Shown piece by piece: positions 56,312-56,413 of a stretch of DNA of 56,413 nt. Position numbers and translations under genes: made by a program. The notes below the pieces were generated by a model, which did not search any database, had not been told where the DNA came from, and saw nothing but the letters and a program-made list of their open reading frames with translations. The stretch's first letter is position 1; each line of letters starts with the position of its first letter. The DNA comes from Oscillospiraceae bacterium (GTDB lineage Bacteria > Bacillota > Clostridia > Oscillospirales > Oscillospiraceae): the NCBI GenBank assembly GCA_045546715.1, contig JAZQDI010000015.1:1-56413 (forward strand), read 5' to 3'.

Positions 56312-56413
56312 AAGAGATGGTTCTCAATCTCTGCGAGCAATATCCGCTGTATCCGGAAGCATAACTGTACAAGCGACAGAAAGCCCGGAAGCAGATCCGA
56401 TTCAGGATCTGCT
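56312..56413. repeat. Technical duplicate of 56126..56227
   Basis: A 102-nt exact repeat that follows the adapter directly. The contig ends exactly where the first copy ends. Confidence 0.9.

Overview
This window looks like one short-read contig from a high-GC, spore-forming Clostridia-type Firmicute. The taxonomic guess rests on an alpha/beta SASP gene, many SLH-anchored wall proteins, and a sortase pilus.

Both contig ends are technical chimeras. An 84-nt MGI/DNBSEQ library adapter (both adapter arms plus a 10-nt index) sits at 77..160 and 56228..56311. Each copy is joined to a duplicated piece of nearby genome, so genuine genome is about 161..56227.

Gene content, left to right:
- rpmH-rnpA-yidD, with yidD cut by the adapter.
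- A Nudix hydrolase, a MecA-like adaptor, smpB, a frameshifted cyclophilin, and tmRNA (ssrA).
- Directly after tmRNA, an ~11.4 kb stretch that looks lower in GC and accessory. It holds an ArsB/NhaD-type permease and a five-gene FCT-like sortase-B pilus operon: catalytically dead SipA-like peptidase, major pilin, class B sortase, proline-tailed basal pilin, and vWFA tip adhesin.
- After a very AT-rich ~290 bp spacer, a tightly coupled two-gene operon. It encodes an HD phosphohydrolase and an 814-aa multidomain adenosine-deaminase-fold protein with a C-terminal Rossmann/SLOG-like domain. This is my best candidate for an undescribed nucleotide-targeting (possibly anti-phage) system.
- Housekeeping and accessory genes: CoA-disulfide reductase-rhodanese, AlaX, an ECF S component, a molybdopterin oxidoreductase, a decayed TetR/MDR pair, a GT2-GtrA fusion, flavodoxin-like reductases with HxlR, and an Fe-ADH.
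- A lipoprotein-type prephenate dehydratase and a lipoprotein tyrosine phosphatase.
- A 16 kb cluster rich in SLH cell-surface proteins: two LRR paralogs with VNTR Pro/Thr linkers, a YD-repeat protein, and an NlpC/P60 protein.
- yebC, dapF, nrdR, a CAT-like acetyltransferase, YegP, a GntR-ABC operon, an EEP nuclease, TspO, and glyA.

I saw no CRISPR array, rRNA, tRNA, integrase or transposase. Most long ORFs antisense to these genes are judged spurious.
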